This document shows positions 1-10,152 of a stretch of 64,000 nt of DNA, piece by piece (the first letter of the stretch is position 1; every line of letters begins with the position of its first letter). A program made the translations under genes and the position numbers. The notes under the pieces were generated by a model. The model was given only the letters and a program-made list of their open reading frames with translations. It ran no database searches and had not been told where the DNA came from. Origin of the DNA: Turneriella sp. (lineage in GTDB: Bacteria > Spirochaetota > Leptospiria > Turneriellales > Turneriellaceae); NCBI GenBank assembly GCA_965279515.1, contig CBDIID010000003.1, positions 2,464,001-2,528,000 of the forward strand, read 5' to 3'.

Positions 1-210
1 TCTGACCGTTTTGACTACCATGTGAGAACATCGACGCCCCCTGCTCTTATTATAGACCGGGCAGGGTGAAATCTGGCCAACTCTTTGTCAGCAAGAAAAC
101 GAAAACGTCTATATAGGCCAGCGAACTAAGTCACATATATTATTCTTACAAAATACATGCAATTTTTGAATATTGACTCCCAGTTGAAGATCGTATGAGA
201 CATAATTCCT

Positions 211-834
211 TTAATGAATAATTTCCATCTTGTCCTTTTGCATCATCTCCTGAATAGCCTTTATCTTTTTTTCTTCAAATTCCTTCTCCGTTACAATTTG
301 AATCTTTTTCCCAATTTGAACCTTAATGTCGTCCATAGAAAGCTTTTCCTTTTCAAAGGCTATCCGATTCTTTTCATAAAACTTTTCAATGGCCTTATTT
401 CCAGAGAATCTGACCTTGTTTGCTGCAAGAATCCGGGGATAATCCTGCTTCTTGTAGTGATAATACTCTTCTAAAACCTTTTCCATGCGTGGCCAAATAT
501 ACGCTTCCGCATCCGCATCCTTATAAATGCCCTCTTCATAGCCCCGCCGGATAATTTCACGCCGCAGGAGCTCCCGACGAAATACTTCTTCCCGGAGTGA
601 GGCAGGCATGTCCTGAACATCGCTAAACGTATAGACGCGCCCATCCACATTATGATAGGCAAAGCTCTTTCGCGAAATTGCCGCCTTGCCGAAAGCGCCC
701 AATTTGCCGTCTCCGCCCAATTTGGCCTGCTCCTTGACGTTTTTTCCCGCCATCTGATCGATCGGGGAACCGCAGCCGACAAAGCATGAGACAAAGAATA
801 CAAGAAGCTGAACATATCTGCTATTCTGTTTCAT
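211..834 (-). CDS. Lipoprotein, SurA/PrsA N-terminal-like helical chaperone lacking a rotamase domain
   Basis: Lipobox-like FVGC after a hydrophobic stretch; RRELLRREIIRRGYEEGIYKD and AIEKFYEKNR resemble SurA-N/PrsA helices; no parvulin motif. Confidence 0.55.
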   Translation of the reverse strand: MKQNSRYVQLLVFFVSCFVGCGSPIDQMAGKNVKEQAKLGGDGKLGAFGKAAISRKSFAYHNVDGRVYTFSDVQDMPASLREEVFRRELLRREIIRRGYEEGIYKDADAEAYIWPRMEKVLEEYYHYKKQDYPRILAANKVRFSGNKAIEKFYEKNRIAFEKEKLSMDDIKVQIGKKIQIVTEKEFEEKKIKAIQEMMQKDKMEIIH

Positions 835-840
835 ATTTCC

Positions 841-1611
841 TCAATAGCCAAAATCGGTATTTGAACTGACGGAGACTTTAGACACATTGCGTAACCGCTG
901 GAGCATCAGATTGCGTTGATTCTGAAGCTCTTGCGTAACGTTATTGCGCAGCATTTCATTTAGTGTGAAGCGGATGCTCTTCAATGCCGTATCCTTGTCG
1001 ATTTTTTTATCCGTGTACGCTTTTGCGTTTTTGATGTAGAATTGCATTACCTCTGCATCCGAAACCGAGGTTTTTATTTTTGCCCCGCTCTCTTTCAGTA
1101 GTTTCTGGAAATAGTAATCCGCCAGAGTTTTTCGAACAGATAACGAAAGCAGGTGCACTGCCGCGGGGTCACTAAGGATATTTTCCCGGAGAGCCTGATT
1201 TACGAGAATATCGATATTCAGGGATTCGCGCAGATAAAACTGTTTATCCTGGCTTTTCGGGTCGTTGGAGAAAATCCCCTGATTTTGCAATGTATCATAG
1301 AGCCTGTTCAGGTATGCCTTCGAATACTTAACATTGCCGATTTCGTAGTAAAAATCGGCAGCAGTCGCAGCACGCTTCTGGGCATCAAAGAAATGCTCCA
1401 GCAGCTTCTTCTCCTCTGGGCTATACAAAAATATGTAAAGATAGGGCGGGAGCATAATGAAGATAATGATGATTGCAAAAAAGCCCTGACTTATCCCTAC
1501 GAATTTTCGGAATTTAGATGCTGGCCTCGGCGGCTCTTCGCGGATAAAATCTTCGTCAGTCGGAGTATACTCTCCCTGCCCTGTGGTATTGCTGTTACTG
1601 CTATTGCTCAT
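841..1611 (-). CDS. Membrane-anchored SurA/PrsA/PpiD N-terminal-like protein without PPIase domain
   Basis: Single TM segment; LNIDILVNQALRENILSDP and SVSDAEVMQFYIKN match the SurA-N 'VSDEEI..YY..N' pattern; C-terminal LQRLRNVSKV. Confidence 0.6.
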   Translation of the reverse strand: MSNSSNSNTTGQGEYTPTDEDFIREEPPRPASKFRKFVGISQGFFAIIIIFIMLPPYLYIFLYSPEEKKLLEHFFDAQKRAATAADFYYEIGNVKYSKAYLNRLYDTLQNQGIFSNDPKSQDKQFYLRESLNIDILVNQALRENILSDPAAVHLLSLSVRKTLADYYFQKLLKESGAKIKTSVSDAEVMQFYIKNAKAYTDKKIDKDTALKSIRFTLNEMLRNNVTQELQNQRNLMLQRLRNVSKVSVSSNTDFGY

Positions 1612-1765
1612 GAAATAGGCTCCTTTTTGGTAGAGAACAAACTATTTATCCATTATCGACCGGCATTGTTGAAATTTCAAGTGGTATTCAAATTTGATTG
1701 ACTCGCCGATTTGCTCTGGATGACTTGCCTTTGTAGCTGAAAAAGCCTTTCCTTTAAGTACAGGT

Positions 1766-2638
1766 ATGCCCATGCAATTGATTAGATTTCTCTCCTTATC
1801 CGTGATAACCTCTGTTATGCTCGATGCTCAGGAAAAGAAGCCAGAAAAAAAGGCAGGAAAAGAAGGCGAGGGGTACGACTTCTTTCAGGAAGACGCGCTC
1901 AAAACGATGGAAAACGAGCTCGATACTTATGAAAAATCCCATGAAGACACCAAGGCCATCAAAGGAATGTTTATTCAGCGGAATTTTGACGAAAAGGAGA
2001 AAGATTCCGGCAAGAGAAAAGCACCTCCATTCTATCGAAATATTCTTGTTCGCAAAAAAGTAAAACTCCACCTCTCTGGTGGGGAAGTCATTCAGGGCGA
2101 AACCCCATTCAACGGGGATAAAATTACGATAATTTCTGAAAAAGACGGTAACAAGACAATCCATGAATTCCCTCGCTCTGAAATTACAACTCTTGAATTC
2201 TCCAAGTGGCAACCCTTCCGGGAAGCCACAGAACCGCTTCAGAACCTCGATTTTAAGGTTAAAAAGTATTATTACCTGCCTTCGGCGGCCAAACTCATTC
2301 TCGCGAGCGGGGCAAAAATCGAAGGGCAAATCGATCCGTTTGAAGTCTTGACCTTTCATATTCAAAGCGATACCGCCAAGTCGGCTTATGCAGCATATTT
2401 TTCGGACACCATGATTCCGACCAAAGATGCTAAAGACATCGCAGAATACCTGAAGGATAAGAATAAGCACAAAGCTGAGCTTGAATCCCTCGATTATAAG
2501 TGGCTGGTGGCAAATACCGCCGATAAGAAATACTACGAAAAAAATATGCCGAAACGGACGATTAAGAAGATAGAATTCATAGCGACCGTCGAGACTACCG
2601 GAAAAAATGAACCGCCCAAACCTTCACCGACCGAATAA
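1766..2638 (+). CDS. Secreted hypothetical protein
   Basis: 290-aa ORF with N-terminal signal peptide; divergent from the SurA-like pair. Confidence 0.7.
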   Translation: MPMQLIRFLSLSVITSVMLDAQEKKPEKKAGKEGEGYDFFQEDALKTMENELDTYEKSHEDTKAIKGMFIQRNFDEKEKDSGKRKAPPFYRNILVRKKVKLHLSGGEVIQGETPFNGDKITIISEKDGNKTIHEFPRSEITTLEFSKWQPFREATEPLQNLDFKVKKYYYLPSAAKLILASGAKIEGQIDPFEVLTFHIQSDTAKSAYAAYFSDTMIPTKDAKDIAEYLKDKNKHKAELESLDYKWLVANTADKKYYEKNMPKRTIKKIEFIATVETTGKNEPPKPSPTE

Positions 2639-3254
2639 CCTGAAACCTGCTTTATTCTTAGCGATAGCTTTTGTCAACCTCGCCCATGCGTGCAAGACTG
2701 AGGAGATTAAAGTGGTAAAGGTAAAAGAATCAGACCCTATTCCTTTGGCGACGGCGGCCGAAAATATGGTTTCGATCAGTACCGGAAGGGGTGTATTCTA
2801 CATTGATCGCTATGAGGCTTCTGAGCCGACACCAGGCGATTTTTTTTCCGTCCCAAACCAAACGCCAAAGACGAACGTAACGCAAGCTGAAGCGAAAACA
2901 ATCTGTGAGAGCCTCGGCAAACGGCTCTGCACTAGCCGCGAATGGGAGCTTGCATGCATCGGCGGTCATTTCTTGAAATACAGCTATGGCCATAAAAATA
3001 TTCCCGGCTTCTGCAACATCTCTGGCATACGCAATTCTCCTGCATACACAGGAGAATATACGAATTGTAAGTCGGATCTGGGGACCTTTGATCTGATCGG
3101 CAACGTCATGGAACTAACCGCAGACTTGTCGCCAGCGGGATTAGTCATTGCAAAGGGCGGTGACTACTCTACAAAAGAAGCGACGTGCTTTCAGGAATTT
3201 TTTGATCAACCTGTGGAAAAAAATGCAAAATTAGGATTTCGGTGCTGCAAATGA
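2607..3254 (+). CDS. FGE-sulfatase (SUMF1/EgtB/PvdO-type) domain lipoprotein
   Basis: FYIDRYEA, C..LGKRLCTSREWELAC, DLIGNVMEL, GFRCC motifs; lipobox LAHAC; alternative CTG start at 2640. Confidence 0.85.
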   Translation: MNRPNLHRPNNLKPALFLAIAFVNLAHACKTEEIKVVKVKESDPIPLATAAENMVSISTGRGVFYIDRYEASEPTPGDFFSVPNQTPKTNVTQAEAKTICESLGKRLCTSREWELACIGGHFLKYSYGHKNIPGFCNISGIRNSPAYTGEYTNCKSDLGTFDLIGNVMELTADLSPAGLVIAKGGDYSTKEATCFQEFFDQPVEKNAKLGFRCCK

Positions 3255-3796
3255 ATAAATATATCTTCTTTTTCGCTTCGTCATGCTTAATGTTAGAATG
3301 CAGTTCAGTAACTGTCACAAGTTATTACGACAAGAATACTTATAAAGACCCGGTTAAAGAAGTCGGCCTGGGATTTATCGAGGTCAGAAATCTCGATCTC
3401 AATACTTTTGTGAAAAAGAACCTTTACGATTCGATAAAATTCGAAATGGAAAAATTACGCTACCGCGTCAATGATCCCGAAACTATGAAAGCGGCTCGGA
3501 AGGCTTCAAATATAGAAAACGAAGAATTGCTCTCAGGAGCGGAAATATTTAGCCTGTCGAAAACCAGCAGTTTCGATCTTTACCTGCAAGGTTATGTGCA
3601 GGAGAACAAGGTCGGTGACGCTCTCTCCGAGGAACACCATTCTGTTATTGTCTTCTTTTTGTTTTCCCGCGATGGTAAAAAGGCGGGAGAAATACGGTAT
3701 TTCTCCAAAAAGAAAACTGTAGTTTCCGCCGAGAACCTTCAGGAAATGGCGCAAGGTGTAGTTCAGGAATTTCGCAAAACCGTACCGTCACTGTAA
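3251..3796 (+). CDS. Lipoprotein of unknown function (CsgG/LpoB-like alpha/beta fold possible)
   Basis: MNKYIFFFASSCLMLEC signal; ATGA overlap with upstream gene. Confidence 0.65.
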   Translation: MNKYIFFFASSCLMLECSSVTVTSYYDKNTYKDPVKEVGLGFIEVRNLDLNTFVKKNLYDSIKFEMEKLRYRVNDPETMKAARKASNIENEELLSGAEIFSLSKTSSFDLYLQGYVQENKVGDALSEEHHSVIVFFLFSRDGKKAGEIRYFSKKKTVVSAENLQEMAQGVVQEFRKTVPSL

Positions 3797-6700
3797 CCGT
3801 TTATCGAAGCGAAAGAAAGGCTTTCGCGGCAAAGAAATGATAATCTGTAGTATCGGAATCAGATATAGGGTTACCAGTAAAGAGAATGACGTTCCGACGA
3901 GAATGGTAAAAGCAAGCGGACGCCACAAATTACTCCCTTCGCCATAGTCGAAAATCAACGGTAACATACTCACGATAGTTACACTCGTCGTCATGGATAT
4001 CGGCCGAATACGTTCAAATACCGCAGCAAAAACAGCCCGAATAGGCTTAGCGCTCATTTTCTTACGCTTAATGGTACTCACCAACATGATGGCTCCGCTT
4101 ACCGAAATTCCGGCGGTTAGAATAAAGCCGATGTAGACCGAAACGTTCAGAGTTTTTCCCAGCAAGACTGTTACAATGAGGCTCATCATAATTGATGCAG
4201 GTACGGTGAGGATCACATACAGCGGCGTCGTGAAAGACTCGTAAAGGGCTCCCAGAAGAAAATAGATAAGTAATATTGCCGCCAAGGATGCAAACAGCAT
4301 CTCTCTTTGGCCCTCCAACTGCTTCTTATAACCCTCACCGAAATCATAATGGTAATTCTTTTCAAAGGGATATCGATTCAAGAATTCCTTAAGTCTTTGC
4401 CCTGCCGTACCCGTATCGATCCCGCTCAGTTTCGCGGTAATTGAGACAGTTTTTTGTTTATTCTTACGGTAAAGTTTAGTCTCTTCAGTTCCCTCCTGAA
4501 TCTTCAAAACGGAGGATATCGGCACGAAATCTTTAACATCGCCGGGAATATATAGTCCTTTTAGCTTTTCCGGCGTATTGATGAAGTTAGGGTCTATCTT
4601 CAGGCGAACGTCGACTTCCCGGTCTCCCTCATAGAATTTTGTGACCACAATTCCGTAAAGGGCGCCCCGGAACAGCTCGCCAATCCGCGCGTTCGTAAAT
4701 CCGAGACGCGATAGCTCAACATGTTTCGGCGAAATTTCCAGAGCCGGTTTCCCTTCACGAAATCTCAGAACGATCTCTCCAATACCGGGAATCGCCTGTT
4801 TTAGCTCCTGGGAGAGACTGCGTGCCAGCTTCTTGAGTTCCTTATGGTCATCGCCAAAAAGATCGATATCAATCTCTCTACTGTCCCCGCCATCGGAGCC
4901 TTGATTGAAGTAAACATAGGCGTTTTTAAATTGCCCGGTTATGCCTTTTAACTCAGACACAAAGGTATCGCTATCTAAAGACGATCTTAACTCCTTTTTC
5001 ATCCTAACAAATAAAGACGCATGCCACTTCTCAATCTTCGCCGTTATCTTTTCAACAGCAGGATGAAGGAGTAGTGCTTTTTCGATCTCCTTAACGGCTT
5101 TTTCCGTATGTTCGAGATTTATACCAGTATCCAATTCGACGCTTGCATTTATCTCACCCGAATCAATCGGATCGATAAATTCCTTTTTGGCAAAATAAAA
5201 GGCAACAATTCCGCCAGCGACTGTAAGCAAGAGCAGCAAAAGATTAAATCGAAAACTGCGACAACCGTTGAAAATTGCCTTCCGATACCGTGTTTTTAGA
5301 CTGATTGTTTTGTAACGATCGGCATATCGCAGGATGCCCGAAAGTTTCTCGCGTGTTTTCAAATACGGGCGAGAGGAGAAAATAAAGCTCCACATTCGTT
5401 CGAAAACCCCGTGAATTTTTTCTCCTAGAGATTGTGCTACACTCCCCTGTAATTGATGATAAAATGACGGAATAATTGTAAGGGATAAGAAAAGCGAAAC
5501 CAGTACAGACAACGAAAGCGAAATCGCCAGGTCTTTATACAAATCACGGGTATTCTGATTCGTGAAAAAGATCGGCAAAAAAACGATTACGATTGTGAGA
5601 GTTGAAGATAGAACTTCGAATTTGACTTCCGCAACTTTTTCCAGAATGCCGGCTGCCTTCGATAAGTTCTGCTGGTTTATATGAGCCATTTTTTCGACCA
5701 CAACGATAGCATTATCGATGATGAGGCCTACACCCAGCGCAAGCCCTGAAAGAGTCATCACATTGAGCTCTATCTTGAAAAAGAACAAAAATAAAAATGT
5801 CGTTAGAATCGACGCCGGTATAACGATAGACGTCAAAAAAGTGATGCTGGCTTGCCTCAGAAAGAGCCATAGAATTAAAGCCGCTATAATCGAACCCAGA
5901 ATGATTTCATTCGTAACGCGTTTGATCGCCTTTTCGATGAACTCTCCTTGATCATAATCCACCTCGATATTCAGGTCTGGAAAGTTCAGTTCCTTCAATA
6001 CGCGTCTACAGCCTGCCGTCACGGCAGCGGTGTTCGCGATCCCTGATTTCATTACATAAATTGAAACCTTTTCTGTCCCGTTCGAGCGCGAAATATTCTC
6101 CGGCTCTCTGAAATGGTCCTTGACATCTGCAACGCTCCGAAGAGGAATAATCTGGTCTTTGCCATAAGGTATGAGTGTCTCACCAATCTCTTTGACTGAT
6201 TTATACTTGAAATTCGCGATAATGTTCCGCGTCTGATTCAGTTCTCTTAAAGGTCCGGCCGGCATATATCTGTTATTTGCCTGCACCAAAGAGATGATGT
6301 CTGACAGAGAGATATTATACGAGATGAGCTTCAATGGATCGGCGAAAATTTGAATTTCACGAATAGTGCCACCGCCCACAAACACTTCGGAGACACCCTC
6401 TACTTTGGAAAAGTTATACTTAATTCTTTTATCAGCCAGACCGCGGATATATTTCAGATCATGACGCTTACTGCTCAACGATAAAATAAACACCGGCCGA
6501 TCAGACGGATCATAAGGCACAATATAGGGAGCTTCTACTTCCCGGGAAAAAGTCTGCCGAATCTGTTCGAGTTTTTCCTGCACTTCGATTATTTTGACTT
6601 TGAGATCGACATTGCTGCCAAAGATGACATTGATCTTCGACTCTCCATCCTCGGAAAGGGAGCTCAGCTGTTCTATTCCAGGCACCTCGGCGACTTTTTC

Positions 6701-6934
6701 CTCTATGGGCTTGGTCAGCAATTTTTCGATTTTTTCCGGTGCAACGCCGGGATAACGTGTGATGACCGACAGACCGGGCGTAACGGCATTCGGCAGAAGA
6801 CCGATTTTTAAGAACCCCGCAGCGTAAATACCCAAGAGTAATCCCGAGGCCAAAAGCATCGTGGCGGCAACGGGTTTCTGAAGAAAAAAAGCAGTAAGCC
6901 CCGAACCTGTCGAATCGCCGGGTTTATCCATCAT
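3788..6934 (-). CDS. RND family permease (AcrB/AcrD/AcrF-like)
   Basis: 1048 aa; YPGVAPEKIE, GLIIDNAIVVVE (TM4), ERIRPISMTT motifs. Confidence 0.95.
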   Translation of the reverse strand: MMDKPGDSTGSGLTAFFLQKPVAATMLLASGLLLGIYAAGFLKIGLLPNAVTPGLSVITRYPGVAPEKIEKLLTKPIEEKVAEVPGIEQLSSLSEDGESKINVIFGSNVDLKVKIIEVQEKLEQIRQTFSREVEAPYIVPYDPSDRPVFILSLSSKRHDLKYIRGLADKRIKYNFSKVEGVSEVFVGGGTIREIQIFADPLKLISYNISLSDIISLVQANNRYMPAGPLRELNQTRNIIANFKYKSVKEIGETLIPYGKDQIIPLRSVADVKDHFREPENISRSNGTEKVSIYVMKSGIANTAAVTAGCRRVLKELNFPDLNIEVDYDQGEFIEKAIKRVTNEIILGSIIAALILWLFLRQASITFLTSIVIPASILTTFLFLFFFKIELNVMTLSGLALGVGLIIDNAIVVVEKMAHINQQNLSKAAGILEKVAEVKFEVLSSTLTIVIVFLPIFFTNQNTRDLYKDLAISLSLSVLVSLFLSLTIIPSFYHQLQGSVAQSLGEKIHGVFERMWSFIFSSRPYLKTREKLSGILRYADRYKTISLKTRYRKAIFNGCRSFRFNLLLLLLTVAGGIVAFYFAKKEFIDPIDSGEINASVELDTGINLEHTEKAVKEIEKALLLHPAVEKITAKIEKWHASLFVRMKKELRSSLDSDTFVSELKGITGQFKNAYVYFNQGSDGGDSREIDIDLFGDDHKELKKLARSLSQELKQAIPGIGEIVLRFREGKPALEISPKHVELSRLGFTNARIGELFRGALYGIVVTKFYEGDREVDVRLKIDPNFINTPEKLKGLYIPGDVKDFVPISSVLKIQEGTEETKLYRKNKQKTVSITAKLSGIDTGTAGQRLKEFLNRYPFEKNYHYDFGEGYKKQLEGQREMLFASLAAILLIYFLLGALYESFTTPLYVILTVPASIMMSLIVTVLLGKTLNVSVYIGFILTAGISVSGAIMLVSTIKRKKMSAKPIRAVFAAVFERIRPISMTTSVTIVSMLPLIFDYGEGSNLWRPLAFTILVGTSFSLLVTLYLIPILQIIISLPRKPFFRFDKRLQ

Positions 6935-9900
6935 ACCTTGAAAAATTTTCGGCTAAATCTTTCCTTAAGTCTTTCAAATGCCAGATATAATGCTGGAAAG
7001 TATATGAGAGTCAGGAATGTAGAGATTGTGAGCCCTAGTACAACAACTATAGATAACGGGGCTTGAAATTCGCTACCTTCCCCTATTGCTAAAGCTGTCG
7101 GTAAATCGGCTACAATTGTCGTAAGCTGAGTCAAAACAATTGGCCGAATTCTCACCTCACCTGCTTTTTTGAGCATTGCGATTAGATCTCCCGAACTTGC
7201 GGAGACATGTTTTTCCTCCCGAAAATACAGAATGAATTCGTAGAGAACGATCGCAGTGCTAACAACAATTCCCACCAGCATGACGATTCCCATACCTGAA
7301 ATAACCGAAATCGAATTATTAGTAACGAAAAGCGCCAATGCGACACCGGGAATCATCAACGGAATGCTCAACGCAACGGAAATCGGCTGTAAGAATGATT
7401 CGAATTGCGCCGCGATGATCATGTAGATCAGAACAGACGAAAGAATAAAAGTGAGCAACAGTCCTTTAAGAGATTCCATTGTCTCATGATTTTTTTCCAG
7501 GAATTCAATTTCCAGTGAATCTCCGGGATTTTGGACTGCAACACCAGCCTGAACATCTGCTTGCTGCGTTTGATATTGATTCTTGAAATGCGCCAGCGCA
7601 TTCATTACCGCCAGTTTCTTACCATCAGCATACTTGATTTCGATAACTTCCATACGCCGGCTATCGCGACGCAATATCGTGCCACTACTTTCACCGGGTT
7701 CGAGCCGCGCTATTTGAGAGAGCTGTAGCATCGCCTTCGACGGGGCCTTTACATAAAGCGAAGAAATGGTATCGGGTGAAATCTTTCCCTCAAAGGCCGA
7801 ACTCATCTTTACCCGGACAGGCACCTCCCGATCGCCCTGCCTGAATTGCGTCGTAATATCGCCCTGTACGGCAGATTTCAGGGAGCGGCCGATTTGTACC
7901 GGCTGCAATCCAGTTGTCGCCATTTTTGTACGGTCGATCTGAATTTTCAATTCTGGTAATTTTCTGAGCGCGGTTGCATCTATACTGACAATAGTGCCGT
8001 CTTTGAACAGGGAGGAATCGCGCAGCGAGCTTAAGAAAAACTGAACCGCTTTCAGGTTAGCCCCGGCATTGTTCGAGCTGAACCGGGATTCAATTACGTT
8101 CTGCGTCTTACCAAGAACACTCTCCAGGACATCGCCGCGAGGCGAGAGAGAAAAGCTGATTCGTTGATTTTGGCCGATAAATCGGCTCAACTCCTCAATG
8201 AATTTTTCCGAACCTAACTCGGATCTATTGACCGAAAAATCCACTTCAATGTAGTTAGGCTTCTTCTTGCCCTTAACCATATCAACAAGGTTATCCTCAT
8301 CGTGACCGATGTGGAACACGCTCTGCGAAACCATTTTGTTCTTGGATAAATGTGCATGTATATTCCGGCACAGCTCAATACTTGATTCTATCCTCGTCCC
8401 AGGTTGCATTTCAATGAAACCCTCAACCCTGTAACGATCCGCTTTTGGGAAAAGCTCCTTTGGCAACATGTAGGCCATAATAATGCCGCCGGCGGTAATT
8501 ATAATTCCGATAGTGAATGTCTTCTTTAGGTTATGCAAAACAAGATCAAGCAATTTACTATACGAAGATTTCATTCCTTCAAGCTTTTTCTCGATGAACG
8601 CAGCATACCAATCCATGAACTTCCGATACCGTGTCGAAATACCGCTCAGACCTTGCGGCAGAGAAAAGCGAATCGGAATTTTCACACAGACGAGCATCGG
8701 AACCAATGTGAAGGAAAAAATCAGGGAAACGAGCAAGGCGACGGAAATAGTGATTGCTAATTCCTTAAAGATCTCCCCTGCGAGACTCTGTACAAACACA
8801 ATCGGAAAGAAAACAACAACGTTGCAAAGAGTCGCCGCGATATTTGAAGCCCTGACTTTTTGAACCCCTTCGTAGGCATTTTGAATCAATGTCCGCGTTG
8901 GATTCTCGACAATTTCCGTATCTATACTTTCCAATACGACGGTGCTCGAATCGACGACCATACCGACTGAAAGTGCCAAGCCCCCAATAGACATGACATT
9001 GATGGAAATGCCGGTCATATACATTACTACGAACGTTGCGATGATTGTGATGGGAATTGCAATACTGATGATGATTGCCGATTTGAAATTCCCAAGGAAC
9101 AAAAAGAGTAAAATGAAAGCAATGACTCCACCTACAATCGCGTTTGTTGTGACATTATCAATCGCATCGCGAATATAATTCGATTCGTCCGAAATGACCG
9201 TCATCTCCGCCGATCTGCCGAATCGACTATTCAAATCTTTGATTTTCGCCCGCAGGGCGTCTACGGCTTCTAACGTGTTTTTGCGGGGCTCTTTATATGC
9301 ATTCAGAATTATGGCTTCCTGATCATTAAATATCGTCGCTCCGAATTTCTCCCGGTAGGAATCCTGAATATCTGCAATAGACTTCAGGTAAATTGGCACG
9401 CCTTGCTCTGAAAGAAAAACAACGACCTCCCCGATATTTTGAACTTCCTTAAATTCTCCCATCATGCGAACTGTGTATTCTTTCTCTTGCTTATAAACGT
9501 TTCCGGCAGGGAAGTTGTAGTTAGCGGAGTTGATACTTTGGGCGAGATCGTCGAGGGTCAGGTTCGCCTGAAAGAGTTTTTGCGAATTGGCCATAATTTG
9601 AATTTCGCGTTTCTCCCCCCCCCTTATGATGATCGAGGCAGTTCCTTCTGACCGCTCTAATTCCGGTTTAAGGTTTTTTTCGATAAAACCACGAAGCTTT
9701 GGAAATGTAATGCCCACCGGCTTCACCAGTATACCCAGAACCGGTTGATCAGAAGGGTCGAATTTGAGGATTATCGAACGCTGAACATCCTGCGGCAAGG
9801 AACTCCTTAAAAGATCCAGTTTTTGCCGCATCGAAATCAGGGCCAGGTTAGCGTCGTACCCCCAGGATAGGGTAACGGAGATAATGCTCAAGCCCTCTTC

Positions 9901-10146
9901 AGATTTTGAATTAACTTTATCTACGCCGTTTACCGATGAGAGTGTCTCTTCAATCGGCCTTGTGACGAGATTCTCTATCTCGCTGGCTGACACGTTGGGA
10001 TAGGAGGTAAGGATAGTAAGACGGGGGATGTTAATTTCCGGCAGTAAATTTACCTGAATTCTCGATAAGCTCACTAATCCGAGAAGCAAAAGTGCGGCAT
10101 AAAACATCGAGACCGCGACGGGTCTCTCGATAGAGAAGCGGATCAT
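6931..10146 (-). CDS. RND family permease (AcrB/AcrD/AcrF-like), second subunit
   Basis: 1071 aa; MIRFSIERPV start, VTRPIEE, GMVVDSSTVVLE, RIRPIVLT. Confidence 0.95.
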   Translation of the reverse strand: MIRFSIERPVAVSMFYAALLLLGLVSLSRIQVNLLPEINIPRLTILTSYPNVSASEIENLVTRPIEETLSSVNGVDKVNSKSEEGLSIISVTLSWGYDANLALISMRQKLDLLRSSLPQDVQRSIILKFDPSDQPVLGILVKPVGITFPKLRGFIEKNLKPELERSEGTASIIIRGGEKREIQIMANSQKLFQANLTLDDLAQSINSANYNFPAGNVYKQEKEYTVRMMGEFKEVQNIGEVVVFLSEQGVPIYLKSIADIQDSYREKFGATIFNDQEAIILNAYKEPRKNTLEAVDALRAKIKDLNSRFGRSAEMTVISDESNYIRDAIDNVTTNAIVGGVIAFILLFLFLGNFKSAIIISIAIPITIIATFVVMYMTGISINVMSIGGLALSVGMVVDSSTVVLESIDTEIVENPTRTLIQNAYEGVQKVRASNIAATLCNVVVFFPIVFVQSLAGEIFKELAITISVALLVSLIFSFTLVPMLVCVKIPIRFSLPQGLSGISTRYRKFMDWYAAFIEKKLEGMKSSYSKLLDLVLHNLKKTFTIGIIITAGGIIMAYMLPKELFPKADRYRVEGFIEMQPGTRIESSIELCRNIHAHLSKNKMVSQSVFHIGHDEDNLVDMVKGKKKPNYIEVDFSVNRSELGSEKFIEELSRFIGQNQRISFSLSPRGDVLESVLGKTQNVIESRFSSNNAGANLKAVQFFLSSLRDSSLFKDGTIVSIDATALRKLPELKIQIDRTKMATTGLQPVQIGRSLKSAVQGDITTQFRQGDREVPVRVKMSSAFEGKISPDTISSLYVKAPSKAMLQLSQIARLEPGESSGTILRRDSRRMEVIEIKYADGKKLAVMNALAHFKNQYQTQQADVQAGVAVQNPGDSLEIEFLEKNHETMESLKGLLLTFILSSVLIYMIIAAQFESFLQPISVALSIPLMIPGVALALFVTNNSISVISGMGIVMLVGIVVSTAIVLYEFILYFREEKHVSASSGDLIAMLKKAGEVRIRPIVLTQLTTIVADLPTALAIGEGSEFQAPLSIVVVLGLTISTFLTLIYFPALYLAFERLKERFSRKFFKV

Positions 10147-10152
10147 CGTAGG

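Noticed and set aside
39..66. ccctgctc/gggcaggg hairpin as terminator or riboswitch
   Set aside because: No U-tract, no riboswitch consensus, context cut by the window edge
126..203. 25-aa minus-strand ORF (MSHTIFNWESIF...) with AGGA SD just after the SurA-like gene
   Set aside because: Too short, no recognisable motif; could be chance in AT-rich DNA
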